Source: Spirochaetota bacterium
GTDB lineage: Bacteria > Spirochaetota > UBA4802 > JAKQUI01
Direction of reading: 5' to 3'
Assembly: GCA_029562645.1 (NCBI GenBank)
Contig: JAKQUI010000005.1
Coordinates: 327,961 to 391,960 of the forward strand
Length of the DNA: 64,000 nucleotides
Shown: positions 29,726-39,284 of the stretch, in pieces
Layout: the number at the start of each line of letters is the position of its first letter
Position numbering within the stretch: position 1 is the first letter of the stretch
Notes under the pieces: generated by a model
Told to the model about the DNA's origin: nothing
Database searches by the model: none
What the model saw: the letters and a program-made list of their open reading frames with translations, nothing else
Program-made: the position numbers and the translations under genes

Positions 29726-30787
29726 CTAGCGCGTCCGTTCCTGCGCCATCAGCATCATTTGCTCGAGCGCGTTTTTCGGAAGCGCCCTGCGCTCGCCCTC
29801 GGGTTTCGCGCGCAGGACGATGGCGTCGGCCGGGCATTTAGGCACGCACACCCCACAGCCGATGCAGCGCTCGAGCGCGATGCGGGCCGTCCCGTCGGCG
29901 TCCATCGAGATCGCGGCCATGGGACACCACGCGATGCAGTCCTCGCATCCCGCGCATTCGTCGGCGATCACCTCCGAAAAATGATTCGTGTACACCAGAT
30001 CGGCGGGGCGGGGCGTCTTCTTGATCGAGGAGAGAATCCCGCAGCAGTCGCCGCAGCAGTTGCACATGCCGTTCGGGTTCTGCGAGGTTGACGGCTGGGT
30101 GACCAGTCCCGCCTCCTGGGCCGTGCGCGTGAGCGCGAGCGCCTCTTCGGCGGTGACTCGCCTGCCCATGTTATTGTCGAGATAGTAGCGCGCCATCGAG
30201 CCGAACATGAAGCAGACCTCCACCGGCGCGCCGCAGGAGCCGCTCACCATCGCCTTTCCTTTTCTGCAGATGCAGTCGGTGACCACGATCGTGTCGATCC
30301 CCGCGAGGATCTGCTCCACGTCGTCGAGCGCGGCAACATGGTGCTCGGGGGTGATGGATTGCCGCACGGGGATGGTGCGTAAAAAGGCGCCCTTGACGTT
30401 CACGAATGACCGGTCGAAGCCCTCGTCGGAGTATTGCAAAAAAAGCGCCGCGAGCTCGGGATCGAGGTCCTTCACCTTGAATTCGATGAGGCCGTGCACG
30501 AACGGGATCGCCCCATAGCGCGCGGAATCGCCCTTTTTCTGACGGAAGAGCAGCCCGCGGGAGGCCATGTCTTCGAGCCGCGCGGCCGCCGCGTCAACCG
30601 GCATGCCGGTCCGTTCCGCGACGGACGCGGGCGCCTCGAGCAGGGGGCTCATCGCGAGGAAAAACCGCGCCTCCTCCTCGGTGAAGAGTTTTTTCAGAAT
30701 CCGGATCTCGATGCCCGATTCGGTCGCGGGGAAGCCCACGGAGTAGGTGTCCAGCCGTTGCTGCAGTTCGCGGTAGATGTCGCTCAT
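29726..30787 (-). CDS. 4Fe-4S dicluster domain protein (ferredoxin-like oxidoreductase component)
   Basis: CNCCGDCCG, CAGCEDCIAWCP and CIGCGVCVPKCP clusters. The start is at MSDIYRELQQ, a 4-nt overlap with the TetR stop. The upstream part of ORF 29726-31195 is spurious. Confidence 0.7.
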   Translation of the reverse strand: MSDIYRELQQRLDTYSVGFPATESGIEIRILKKLFTEEEARFFLAMSPLLEAPASVAERTGMPVDAAAARLEDMASRGLLFRQKKGDSARYGAIPFVHGLIEFKVKDLDPELAALFLQYSDEGFDRSFVNVKGAFLRTIPVRQSITPEHHVAALDDVEQILAGIDTIVVTDCICRKGKAMVSGSCGAPVEVCFMFGSMARYYLDNNMGRRVTAEEALALTRTAQEAGLVTQPSTSQNPNGMCNCCGDCCGILSSIKKTPRPADLVYTNHFSEVIADECAGCEDCIAWCPMAAISMDADGTARIALERCIGCGVCVPKCPADAIVLRAKPEGERRALPKNALEQMMLMAQERTR

Positions 30788-31443
30788 CGTCGTCTCCTGG
30801 TTGTGATATAGCGCTGCGGGGGCGCGCCCCCGTCGTCGTGCCGGCACAGCGCGTCGATGTAGTCGTCGACCCGGTCCAGCGCGTTCATGAAGTAATCCGC
30901 GGAGCGCGCGCCCGCCGCCAGCAGCGCCCCGCCCTCGATCAGGGTGATGATGGTCATGGCCGCGCGGCGCGGGTCGGCCGACGGGGCGCACTCGCCGGAG
31001 GCGATGCCGCGCGCGACGATGCGGGCGATCGTGTCCCGCCAGCGCGCGAGCATGCGTCCCGCCTCCGCGCGCAGTCCCGGGTGCGTGTCGTCGGCGTCGC
31101 AGAGCGTATTTGCGAGCGGGCAGCCGCCCCCCGCGGCGATTGCGGGATAGATGCGCCGATAGGTCTCGGTGTAGGCCCGGAGCTTGTCCGCGCACCGGTC
31201 ACGCGATCGGACCGCGCCCTCCAGCTCCGCGATGATCCCGCCGATGTTGTGCCGGAACGCGTGGAGCGCCACCTCGTCCTTGCCGTCGAAGTTCCCGTAG
31301 ATGGCGCCCTTGGTGAGTCCCGCGGCCTCGGTCATGTCCGACAGCGAGGTGCCCGCATAGCCCTTCCGGTTGAAGAGCGGGGCCACGCGCGCGACGATCC
31401 TCGCCCGCGTGCGTTCCGATTTTGTTCCGACGATTGCCGTCAT
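30784..31443 (-). CDS. TetR/AcrR-family transcriptional regulator
   Basis: N-terminal HTH RTRARIVARVAPLFNRKGYAGTSLSDMTEAAGLTKGAIYGNF. Confidence 0.8.
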   Translation of the reverse strand: MTAIVGTKSERTRARIVARVAPLFNRKGYAGTSLSDMTEAAGLTKGAIYGNFDGKDEVALHAFRHNIGGIIAELEGAVRSRDRCADKLRAYTETYRRIYPAIAAGGGCPLANTLCDADDTHPGLRAEAGRMLARWRDTIARIVARGIASGECAPSADPRRAAMTIITLIEGGALLAAGARSADYFMNALDRVDDYIDALCRHDDGGAPPQRYITTRRRR

Positions 31444-31508
31444 TCTCTTTCCCCGTGCTGATGTGCCGGGCGCGGCCCGGAGGCAGCGGATCGGCGCATG
31501 GGGGCAAA

Positions 31509-31526
31509 ATATACCGATCGGTATAT
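31509..31526. promoter_or_regulatory. Perfect 18-bp palindrome ATATACCGATCGGTATAT, candidate TetR operator
   Basis: It lies in the divergent intergenic region between the TetR gene and the PP2C phosphatase gene, 66 bp upstream of the TetR start. Confidence 0.5.
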
Positions 31527-31648
31527 TTATGTCAAGCGCATTGTATGATTCGCCTGCGGCGTTCGTCTTCGGGATTCTCTGCTTGACAGGGGCGCCCGGA
31601 CGACGGTAGCATCGTGCCGAAGGCCATCATGCGCACCACGATAGACAT

Positions 31649-33043
31649 ATGAACCAGGCCCGATCCCGCAGCGGATTCAATCTTTCCCGTCGTCTTTATG
31701 GGCCGCGAAATCTCGGCTTTGTCCTCGCCGCGCTTCCCCTCGCGGCATTGCTCTATCAACATGACGCCGTGGCCGCGTGCTGGGGCGCGCTCGCGCTGAC
31801 CTGTTTTGCCTGGCCCCATGTCGCGTACTGGATCGCGCGGCGCGCGGACAACTCCAACCGTGCGGAGCTTCGAAACCTGCAGATCGACAGCGTGCTGGGG
31901 GGCGCCTGGTGCGCCGCGATCGGCTTTAACCCGCTGGTGGGGCCGGTCATGTTCTCGATGCTCATGATGGACGCGATCGCCGTGGGAGGCTCCCGGCTGC
32001 TCGCCAGGTGCCTGGCGGCGTACGCGGCGGCGGCGCTTGCCGGTGGACTGGTGACGGGCTTTCGGGTCGACGCCGGGATCAGCCTTATGACCGCACTTGC
32101 GTGCTTGCCGCTCATGATACTGTTTCCGTCCATCAACGGGACCATCGCCTATCTGCGCACGCGGCAGGTCGTGAGGCTGAAAAACGAGCTCGAGCGCCAG
32201 AAGGACGCGTTGTTCGACGTGCAGTTCAGGCTCGAGGAGGCGAACCGAGACCTGCGGGATACGAACGACACGCTTCGCCAGGCGCAACGGATCGCCGCGC
32301 ACGACATGCGGCTGGCCGCGAACGTGCAGATGAGCGTTCTTCCCGGCGCGGAGCCGAGCGTCGAGGGATGGGAGATCGCTTTTTACTTCAGACCCATGAG
32401 CGGCGTGTCGGGCGATTTCTACGATTTTTACGTCCGGGACGGGCGGCTCGAGGGGGTCGCGCTGTTCGATGTGTCCGGCCACGGCATATCGTCGGCGCTG
32501 ATCACGATGCTGGCCAAGTCGCTGCTCTACCGTCTGTTCGTGAGCGGTCTCGCGGGTCCGCTGGGTTCCGTCCTGACCGCGTTCAATCATGAGCTCTTCG
32601 GCGATATTGGGCAGTCGCAGTACTACTTGACCGGGGTGCTTCTGCGGATCGATGGCGACCGCGTGGAATATGTGAACGCCGCCCACCAGGAGATCGTCAG
32701 AAGGACCGCCCGCGGGGTCGAGCCGGTCCGTCCGGAAACGGACGAGCATCCGGGCGGCTTCTTCCTGGGTATATCCAGCGCGCCCCAGGAGTACGATGCG
32801 GTCGCGTTCGTCGTGGAGGCGGGGGAGCTGGTGCTGCTGTACACCGACTGCCTTTCCGAGGCGCGCAATGCCGAGGGGGAGCTCTACGGCCGAGAGCGTA
32901 TCTCGGCGTCGTTGTTGCGCGCGTCCGACACAAGCGCCCAGGCGGCGCTTTCCGGACTCTGCGAGGATTTCTATTCGTTTGTGAACGAGCGCGGCACCCT
33001 CAATGACGACCTGACGATCATCGTATTGCGAAAAACGGGGTGA
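31649..33043 (+). CDS. Membrane-anchored PP2C-type (SpoIIE/RsbU-like) serine phosphatase
   Basis: N-terminal polytopic region and a coiled-coil linker. PP2C motifs include FYDFYVRDGRLEGVALFDVSGHGISSALITM. Confidence 0.75.
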   Translation: MNQARSRSGFNLSRRLYGPRNLGFVLAALPLAALLYQHDAVAACWGALALTCFAWPHVAYWIARRADNSNRAELRNLQIDSVLGGAWCAAIGFNPLVGPVMFSMLMMDAIAVGGSRLLARCLAAYAAAALAGGLVTGFRVDAGISLMTALACLPLMILFPSINGTIAYLRTRQVVRLKNELERQKDALFDVQFRLEEANRDLRDTNDTLRQAQRIAAHDMRLAANVQMSVLPGAEPSVEGWEIAFYFRPMSGVSGDFYDFYVRDGRLEGVALFDVSGHGISSALITMLAKSLLYRLFVSGLAGPLGSVLTAFNHELFGDIGQSQYYLTGVLLRIDGDRVEYVNAAHQEIVRRTARGVEPVRPETDEHPGGFFLGISSAPQEYDAVAFVVEAGELVLLYTDCLSEARNAEGELYGRERISASLLRASDTSAQAALSGLCEDFYSFVNERGTLNDDLTIIVLRKTG

Positions 33044-33059
33044 TGAGACTCGCCCGCGC

Positions 33060-33866
33060 TTAGTGGAGCATGAGCAGGCTCATGGCCATGACGGCCATGC
33101 CCGCCACCAGGCCGTAGATCGCCAGATGCGGCTGGCCGTACTCTCGAGCGGCCGGCAGGAGCTCGTCGAGCGAGATAAACACCATGATCCCGGCGACGGC
33201 GGCGAGACTCGCCCCCATCACCGCGCCGCTGAAATAGATCCGGAGCAGAACAAATCCCAGGAGCGCGCCCACGGGTTCTGAGAGCCCGGACAGGAAGGAA
33301 TAGCCGAAGGCCTTGCGCCGGCTGCCGGTGGCGTAGAAGATGGGCACCGCGACGGCGATCCCTTCGGGGATGTTGTGGATTGCGATTGCGATGGCGATGG
33401 GCGTCCCCAATGCGGGATCGGCGAGTGCGGCCATGAAGGTGGCGATCCCCTCCGGAAAGTTGTGGATGGCGATCGCGCCCGCCGAGAGCAGCCCCAGCCG
33501 CATGAGCCGGGGGTCGCGACACCCGGTCTCGCAGATCTCCTCGACGAGGTGCATCTCGTGCGGGTTCTCGCGTTCGGGAACGAAGCGGTCGATGAGGCCG
33601 ATTACGATGATCCCGGCGAAAAAAGCGGCGACCGTCGCCCAGCCGCCCGTCCCCTCGCCCAGTGACGCGACGAGGGACTTTTTCGCCTCGAAGAATATCT
33701 CGACGAAGGACACGTACATCATCACGCCCGCCGAAAAGCCGAGGGCCAGCGACAGGAATTTTTTATTGGTGGTATTGGCCAGGACGGCGATGGCGCTCCC
33801 GACGCCGGTGGAGAGGCCCGCGATGGCGGTGAGCGCGAAGGCGATGAGGACCGCGGAAGTATCCAT
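33060..33866 (-). CDS. zupT: Zinc transporter ZupT (ZIP family)
   Basis: HNFPEGIATFMAA...HNIPEGIAVAVPIFYATGSRRKAF is collinear with ZupT. The start is at the internal Met MDTSAVLIAF. Confidence 0.8.
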   Translation of the reverse strand: MDTSAVLIAFALTAIAGLSTGVGSAIAVLANTTNKKFLSLALGFSAGVMMYVSFVEIFFEAKKSLVASLGEGTGGWATVAAFFAGIIVIGLIDRFVPERENPHEMHLVEEICETGCRDPRLMRLGLLSAGAIAIHNFPEGIATFMAALADPALGTPIAIAIAIHNIPEGIAVAVPIFYATGSRRKAFGYSFLSGLSEPVGALLGFVLLRIYFSGAVMGASLAAVAGIMVFISLDELLPAAREYGQPHLAIYGLVAGMAVMAMSLLMLH

Positions 33867-33981
33867 TGGCGCGACTCCGAAGCAGTGCTGTATCATGCTA
33901 TCAAAAACGGACGGGCCGTTCGAGGGCAAGCACTAATTCTATTTCGAGGATGACCCCGGTCGCGCCGCGTGGAATGCGCCT

Positions 33982-35016
33982 TCAGCCATGCGCGCCGGAG
34001 AAGGCCGTCCGCAGCCGGGCGGCGGCGAGGTCGAGGGCCGCGTAGGCCTCGCGGTAGATGAGGCCCATGGAGATGAAGCCGTGGATCATGCCGCGGAAGC
34101 GCGCGCGCTCGGCGGGGACCCCGGCGCGGGAGAGCCGGTCCGCGAAGATCTCGCCCTCGTCGCGCAGCGGATCGCACTCCGCGGTGATGACCATGGTGTA
34201 CGGGAGCCCCCGGAGGTCGTCGCGCGTCAGCAGGCGCATCTCGGAGAGGAGCGCGCTGTCGGTCACGAAGAGCCTTCTCGAAAAGTCGATGAAGTCGCGG
34301 TTGAGTCCGTAGCGCGTGGCGAATTGCTCCCGCGAGGCCGTGGCGTCCTCGGGGGTGACCACCGGGTAGATCAGGAGCTGGCAGCACAGGGACGGCCCCT
34401 TCCGGTCGCGCGCCATGAAGGCGATCTTGGCCGCGAGGCCGCCGCCCGCGCTGTCGCCGGCGATGGCGATCCGGGTGCGGTCGCCGTTGAAGGTCCAGGC
34501 GCGCTCGTACGCCCACTGCAGGGCGGCGTAACAGTCCTCGAGCGCGGCCGGATAGGGGTGCTCGGGCGCGAGGCGGTATCCCACCGAGATCACCACGGCG
34601 CCGGCATGCCGCGCCAGATAGCGGCAGATGTAGTCATGGGTGTCGATGCTGCCGATATTGTAGGCGCCGCCGTGGAAGAACAGCAGCACCGGCTGGGGGC
34701 GCGCGGGGTCGGCGGCGTCAATGCGATAGAGGCGTAGGGGAACGGCCCCGCGCCGCCCGGCGATCGTGATATCGCGCACGACGTCGAGGCGCTCGCGGCG
34801 CCCGCCGATGAGGCGCGTCGCAAGGTCGGACATCGCGCGGAAGCGGCGCATGCCCAGAAACCTGACCCGGGCGGGATTGAGCTGGCGGCTCATGGCGAGG
34901 CGTACGATGTCGGTGGTGATGCTGGTTTTCGGGCGTGCTGCGTGTGCGGATCCGCTCTGCGCATGGGCGGCGATGTCTCGTGTGATGTCCCGGTGTATGT
35001 CGCGGGTGGTGTCCAT
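33982..35016 (-). CDS. Alpha/beta hydrolase, hormone-sensitive-lipase-type esterase
   Basis: It has an HGG oxyanion motif (LLFFHGGAY) and a GDSAGG nucleophile elbow. The start is uncertain (MDTTRDI or MSRQLNP), and the ORF extends to 35202. Confidence 0.7.
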   Translation of the reverse strand: MDTTRDIHRDITRDIAAHAQSGSAHAARPKTSITTDIVRLAMSRQLNPARVRFLGMRRFRAMSDLATRLIGGRRERLDVVRDITIAGRRGAVPLRLYRIDAADPARPQPVLLFFHGGAYNIGSIDTHDYICRYLARHAGAVVISVGYRLAPEHPYPAALEDCYAALQWAYERAWTFNGDRTRIAIAGDSAGGGLAAKIAFMARDRKGPSLCCQLLIYPVVTPEDATASREQFATRYGLNRDFIDFSRRLFVTDSALLSEMRLLTRDDLRGLPYTMVITAECDPLRDEGEIFADRLSRAGVPAERARFRGMIHGFISMGLIYREAYAALDLAAARLRTAFSGAHG

Positions 35017-35195
35017 GGGTGGCCTCTGTGACGGGTGCGTGATCGTGCGTGGTGTACAAACGAATGCGATTTGTGCAACGATTTCGGCGGCGGCGCGTTT
35101 TGGCAACCGAATTTTTCTTTCGGGACCGGTGGGCCATCGACCCATGGCGGGTAATAGTGATTGACGCGCGCCGCTGTGCGTGATACAAGCGGCGT

Positions 35196-35582
35196 ATGAC
35201 ACCCGAGACGCTTGATGCGATGCTGCGCGAGGGATTCGTGAAGCGCGAGGACGACCGGAACCGGATCATCGCGCATTTCGAGGAGTTGGTGCAGGCGCAA
35301 TCCCTGGCCGAGGCCGTCGGGATCGTTCGGTCCGTTTGTGCTGGGCCGCTCCGGAACAGGGATGCGAGGGTCGCCCTGGGGGCCATCGTGCTTCTCGAGC
35401 GGCTGTACAAGCGGCTTCCCGAGGACCGGTTCCTCCCGGACAAGGGCGCCGTGCGCGACGAGGCGCTCGCGGCGCTCAGGGAAAAAATGGCCGATGCCAA
35501 CAAAAAGATATCCCGAACAGCCTCTGAAACGTTCGACCTTCTGAAGACCTATTTCCCGCCGATCCGATTCGACCTCTGGTAG
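35196..35582 (+). CDS. Hypothetical small protein (128 aa)
   Basis: ORF with coding-like composition, divergent from the sensor kinase. No recognisable motif. Confidence 0.4.
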   Translation: MTPETLDAMLREGFVKREDDRNRIIAHFEELVQAQSLAEAVGIVRSVCAGPLRNRDARVALGAIVLLERLYKRLPEDRFLPDKGAVRDEALAALREKMADANKKISRTASETFDLLKTYFPPIRFDLW

Positions 35583-35591
35583 CGTTAGGCG

Positions 35592-37058
35592 CTATCCCCA
35601 TCCGGCGAACGGCGGGGAAAGGCGATGCGGTACCGCGTCCCCCGCCGGCATGCCCACGCCATTGTCGCCGATCTCAAGCGATATCGTATCGTCCCCGGCC
35701 CGGAGCAGGACGTCGATGGCCTCCGCCGCGCCGTTCGGTGCGGGATGGGCGTGCGCGAAGGCATTGGCGAGTATCTCGTGCACGATGAGCCCGCAGGGAA
35801 TCGCCTGTTCGATGTCCAGCACGACCTCGTCCAGGTCGCTCGTCAACGTCGGCGCGGGCCGGTCCGAGGCATACGCCCGCTGCAGATCGGCGATCAGCGA
35901 GCGCAGGTAGGTGGTGAAGTGTATGCTGGACAGGTTGTCCGATTGGTAGAGCCGCTCGTGGATCAGCGACATGCTTTTGATCCGCTGGATGCACACGGTG
36001 AACTGCTCGGCCAGCCTGCGGTCGTCGGTCGCGCGCGCCTGCAGCTGCAGCAGGCTGGTGATGATCTGCATGTTGTTTTTCACCCGGTGGTGGATCTCGC
36101 GCAGCAGGACGTTTTTTTCCTCGAGCGACCGCATGAGACGCTCGCGCTCGCGCTGAAGCTCAAGCTCGACCTCCTTGCGCCGGGTGACGTCGCGGGTGTA
36201 CAGGACCGTGCTCACCAGCTCGTTGCGCTCGTCGAGGATCGTCCGGGCCGATGATTCGAGAAAACGCCACGACCAGTCGGCGTGCAGAAACCGGTATTCG
36301 AAAAAGGGGCTGCCCTCGGTCTTCGTCTTTTCGTGGGAGAGGATGCGGGGAAAGACCTCCTCGTCGTCGGGATGGATGTAGGTGAGCAGGCTTTCGCCGA
36401 TCAGGTCGATGGGGGTGTAGCCGAGAAAGCTCCTCACGGACTCGCTCACGTACAGGATGGTCCCGTCGGTGGAGACGATCGAGAAGGCGTCAGACGAGTA
36501 GTCGATGAGCGAGCGGTAAAAGCGCTCGGTGAGGCGCAGCGCCTTTTCGATCGTAATCACATCGCTCAGGTCGCGGATGATGCCGATGGTCCCCAGGAGC
36601 TGGCCGGTCTCCTCGTTGCCGCCCTCGTAGAGCCCCAGCGAAATGACCTCCCCGTCGAATTGCGCCGGTGCGGTATCCGGATCGCGCGGCAGAAGCCGTA
36701 TCCTGAGCGAGCGGGTGATGCGCGTTCCCGTGCGCCGCTCGTCGAAGAGCTTGGGCGCCTTGCTGTCGGGGAGCATTTTCCCTTGGTACTGGGGCAGGAC
36801 CTTCTCGCGCTGGATCGCATCGCGCGAATCCGGATGGATGATGGCGCTGTAGTGTTTGCCGATGAGCTCGGCGGGATCGTAGCCGAGCTTGCAGATGGAA
36901 TTGCTGACGAAGGTGAACCGGCCCTCGGGGTCGATCTTGTAGACGATGTCGGGCAGCGACTGTATGAGCGAGTTGTAGATGGCGTCGTCGTGTATCATGT
37001 CCGTTTCGCGCTCTCCCCCGTGCGCTCGTATCATTGACGCGTTTTTACGGCATGTCAA
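35592..37058 (-). CDS. PAS-domain sensor histidine kinase (HisKA_2 / HWE-type)
   Basis: Several PAS repeats, then LLREIHHRVKNNMQIITSLLQL (a HisKA_2 H-box) and an HATPase_c (DNGVGMP). Confidence 0.8.
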   Translation of the reverse strand: MTCRKNASMIRAHGGERETDMIHDDAIYNSLIQSLPDIVYKIDPEGRFTFVSNSICKLGYDPAELIGKHYSAIIHPDSRDAIQREKVLPQYQGKMLPDSKAPKLFDERRTGTRITRSLRIRLLPRDPDTAPAQFDGEVISLGLYEGGNEETGQLLGTIGIIRDLSDVITIEKALRLTERFYRSLIDYSSDAFSIVSTDGTILYVSESVRSFLGYTPIDLIGESLLTYIHPDDEEVFPRILSHEKTKTEGSPFFEYRFLHADWSWRFLESSARTILDERNELVSTVLYTRDVTRRKEVELELQRERERLMRSLEEKNVLLREIHHRVKNNMQIITSLLQLQARATDDRRLAEQFTVCIQRIKSMSLIHERLYQSDNLSSIHFTTYLRSLIADLQRAYASDRPAPTLTSDLDEVVLDIEQAIPCGLIVHEILANAFAHAHPAPNGAAEAIDVLLRAGDDTISLEIGDNGVGMPAGDAVPHRLSPPFAGWG

Positions 37059-37193
37059 CGAGAAAACGCCCGACGCTCGATGAAAAGCGTGCGAGGTGAA
37101 GCCCGCCTGTGCGGTATTAATGCTTGATAAAATCGCGCACCGTCATTACGTGGTGCGCGCGCAGGCGCCGCGAATCGCGCTGCGTCAACGGCC

Positions 37194-37556
37194 ATGGCAC
37201 AGAAAACGAAATACAGCACCGACCCGGACACCCTCCTCGCGGAGTGCGAGGTCGACTATTACAGCGGGACCGGGAAGGGCGGGCAGAACCGCAACCGGCA
37301 CTACAATTGCGTGCGGCTTCGCCACCGCCCCACGGGGATCATCGCGGTGGGGACCGAGGAGCGCTCGCAGCGGAAAAACCGCGAGCTCGCGATCCGGCGG
37401 CTCGTGGAGCGGATCGAGGCGCTCAATTACGTGAAACCGAAGCGCGTCCCCACGAAGCCGTCGGCGGGCGCGAAGAAGGCGCGGATCGAATCGAAGACGC
37501 GTGTCGCGGTGAAAAAATCCGCGCGCAAGAAGGTTGCGAATGATGACGACGCCTAG
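37194..37556 (+). CDS. arfB: Alternative ribosome-rescue factor ArfB (peptidyl-tRNA hydrolase, GGQ)
   Basis: GTGKGGQNRNRHYNCVRLRH...RSQRKNRELAIRRL with a basic C-terminal tail. 120 aa. Confidence 0.75.
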   Translation: MAQKTKYSTDPDTLLAECEVDYYSGTGKGGQNRNRHYNCVRLRHRPTGIIAVGTEERSQRKNRELAIRRLVERIEALNYVKPKRVPTKPSAGAKKARIESKTRVAVKKSARKKVANDDDA

Positions 37557-38316
37557 CGGGCGAACGCGCGCATGTGCGATCATCATCGCGTTCTGTGCGG
37601 CAGCTCTCGTCGCGGCGCTGGCCGCGGCGGCGCTCGTGCACTACGGCGTCATCTGGCTGCATGATCCCGATCCCGTCCGCTATCCGGTGCGGGGCATCGA
37701 CGTGTCCCATCATCAGGGCGCGATCGAGTGGAGCGCGGTGGGCGCGCGGCGGATCGACTTCGCGTTTATCAAGGCGACCGAGGGCGGCGATCACGTCGAT
37801 TCGCGCTTCGCGGAAAACTGGCGCGGCGCGGCCTCGGCCGGGATCGCGCGGGGAGCCTATCACTTCTTTACGCTGTGCCGGGCGGGGAGCGAGCAGGCGC
37901 GCAACTTCATTAGCATCGTGCCGCGCGAGAATGGCGCGCTGCCGCCGGTCGTCGACCTGGAGTACGAGGGCAACTGCCGGAACCGGCCCGCGGAATTCGT
38001 CGTGCTCGACGAGATCAAGGCGTTCCTCGACGCAGTGGAGCGCCGCTACGGCGTGCGGCCCATCCTGTACGTGACCCGCGAGTTCTACGACCGGCACCTG
38101 CGCGGCGCCCTGCCGGGCTACCGGATATGGCTGCGCGCCGTGTACGAGCGGCCCGTACTCCCGGACGGTCGGGCCTGGGACTTCTGGCAGTACAGCTCGC
38201 GCGGCCGTGTCGCGGGGATCGACGGCCGGGTGGACCTCAACGTGTTCCGGGGAACGCGGCGCGAGTTCGACGCGCTGGTGTCGGCGAGCGGACGCGCCCC
38301 GGGAAGCGCGCCGTGA
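37534..38316 (+). CDS. Glycoside hydrolase family 25 muramidase (lysozyme) with N-terminal membrane anchor
   Basis: VRGIDVSHHQGAIEWSAVGARRIDFAFIKATEGGDHVDSRF is the GH25 signature. It overlaps the arfB 3' end by 23 nt. Confidence 0.8.
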   Translation: MRMMTTPSGRTRACAIIIAFCAAALVAALAAAALVHYGVIWLHDPDPVRYPVRGIDVSHHQGAIEWSAVGARRIDFAFIKATEGGDHVDSRFAENWRGAASAGIARGAYHFFTLCRAGSEQARNFISIVPRENGALPPVVDLEYEGNCRNRPAEFVVLDEIKAFLDAVERRYGVRPILYVTREFYDRHLRGALPGYRIWLRAVYERPVLPDGRAWDFWQYSSRGRVAGIDGRVDLNVFRGTRREFDALVSASGRAPGSAP

Positions 38317-39284
38317 TCGAGCCGTCCGCGCGCGAGCGCATGAACCGCCTGGGTCGCGAGGGCGTCCCCTTTCTCTTTATTGTCGATTTCGACGGTGCGC
38401 GCCCCATCGTCCTTCCGCTCGACGAGGTGGACCCCGCCGCGATTTTGTATGATGTAAACGGACGGCGTAATTTCGATCCGCCCGGCGCGCCGATCGCGCC
38501 GCCACGATTGCGCACAACGCCAATCGGGTATGAACGCTACCGCCGCGCCTTCGACCTGGTGCAGGAGAACCTGCGCGCGGGGAACAGCTATCTGCTCAAT
38601 CTCACCTTTCCGACGGCAATCGAGGTCGATGCGGCCCTCGGCGACATCGTTCTGCATGCCCGCGCACCGTACCGGCTCTGGATGCGCGACGAGCTCGTGG
38701 TGTTCTCGCCGGAATGCTTCGTGACCATCGAGCGCGGGGTGATCGCCTCACACCCGATGAAGGGCACCATCGACGCGGCCCTGCCGGACGCCGAGGCGCG
38801 CATCCTCGCCGACGAGAAGGAATTCGCCGAGCACGTCACCATCGTGGACCTCATCCGTAATGACCTGGGCATCGTCTCGCGCGGCGTGGCGGTGGAGCGC
38901 TTTCGGTATGTCACGCGCGTGCGATCCGCCCAGGGGGAGCTCTTGCAGGTGAGCTCGCGCATCACGGGCCGCCTCGATGGCGACTATCCCGCGCGCATCG
39001 GGGACATCGTGAGCGCGCTCCTCCCGGCCGGCTCGGTGACGGGCGCCCCCAAGAAAAAAACTGTTGAAATAATCAAAGCCGCCGAGCACTACAACCGGGG
39101 TTACTACACCGGCGTCTTCGGCGTCTTCGACGGCGCCTCGCTCGACAGCGCGGTGATGATCCGCTTCATCGAGCGCGACGGCGGCTCGCTCGTCTATAAG
39201 AGCGGCGGCGGCATCACCATCTACAGCGACCCGGAGGCGGAGTATCGCGAACTCATCGACAAGGTCTACGTGCCGATTGTTTGA
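38313..39284 (+). CDS. pabB: Chorismate-binding enzyme, short aminodeoxychorismate-synthase-component-I-like
   Basis: C-terminal GGGITIYSDPEAEYREL and upstream chorismate-enzyme blocks. Putative GTG start overlapping the lysozyme stop (GTGA). An ATG alternative is at 38340. Confidence 0.65.
   Translation: MIEPSARERMNRLGREGVPFLFIVDFDGARPIVLPLDEVDPAAILYDVNGRRNFDPPGAPIAPPRLRTTPIGYERYRRAFDLVQENLRAGNSYLLNLTFPTAIEVDAALGDIVLHARAPYRLWMRDELVVFSPECFVTIERGVIASHPMKGTIDAALPDAEARILADEKEFAEHVTIVDLIRNDLGIVSRGVAVERFRYVTRVRSAQGELLQVSSRITGRLDGDYPARIGDIVSALLPAGSVTGAPKKKTVEIIKAAEHYNRGYYTGVFGVFDGASLDSAVMIRFIERDGGSLVYKSGGGITIYSDPEAEYRELIDKVYVPIV

Noticed and set aside
33982-35202. Full-length 406-aa reading of the esterase ORF
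   Set aside because: The N-terminal 60-100 residues are R/P-rich, and the ORF overlaps the divergent neighbour. A shorter start (MDTTRDI or MSRQLNP) fits the family's length.
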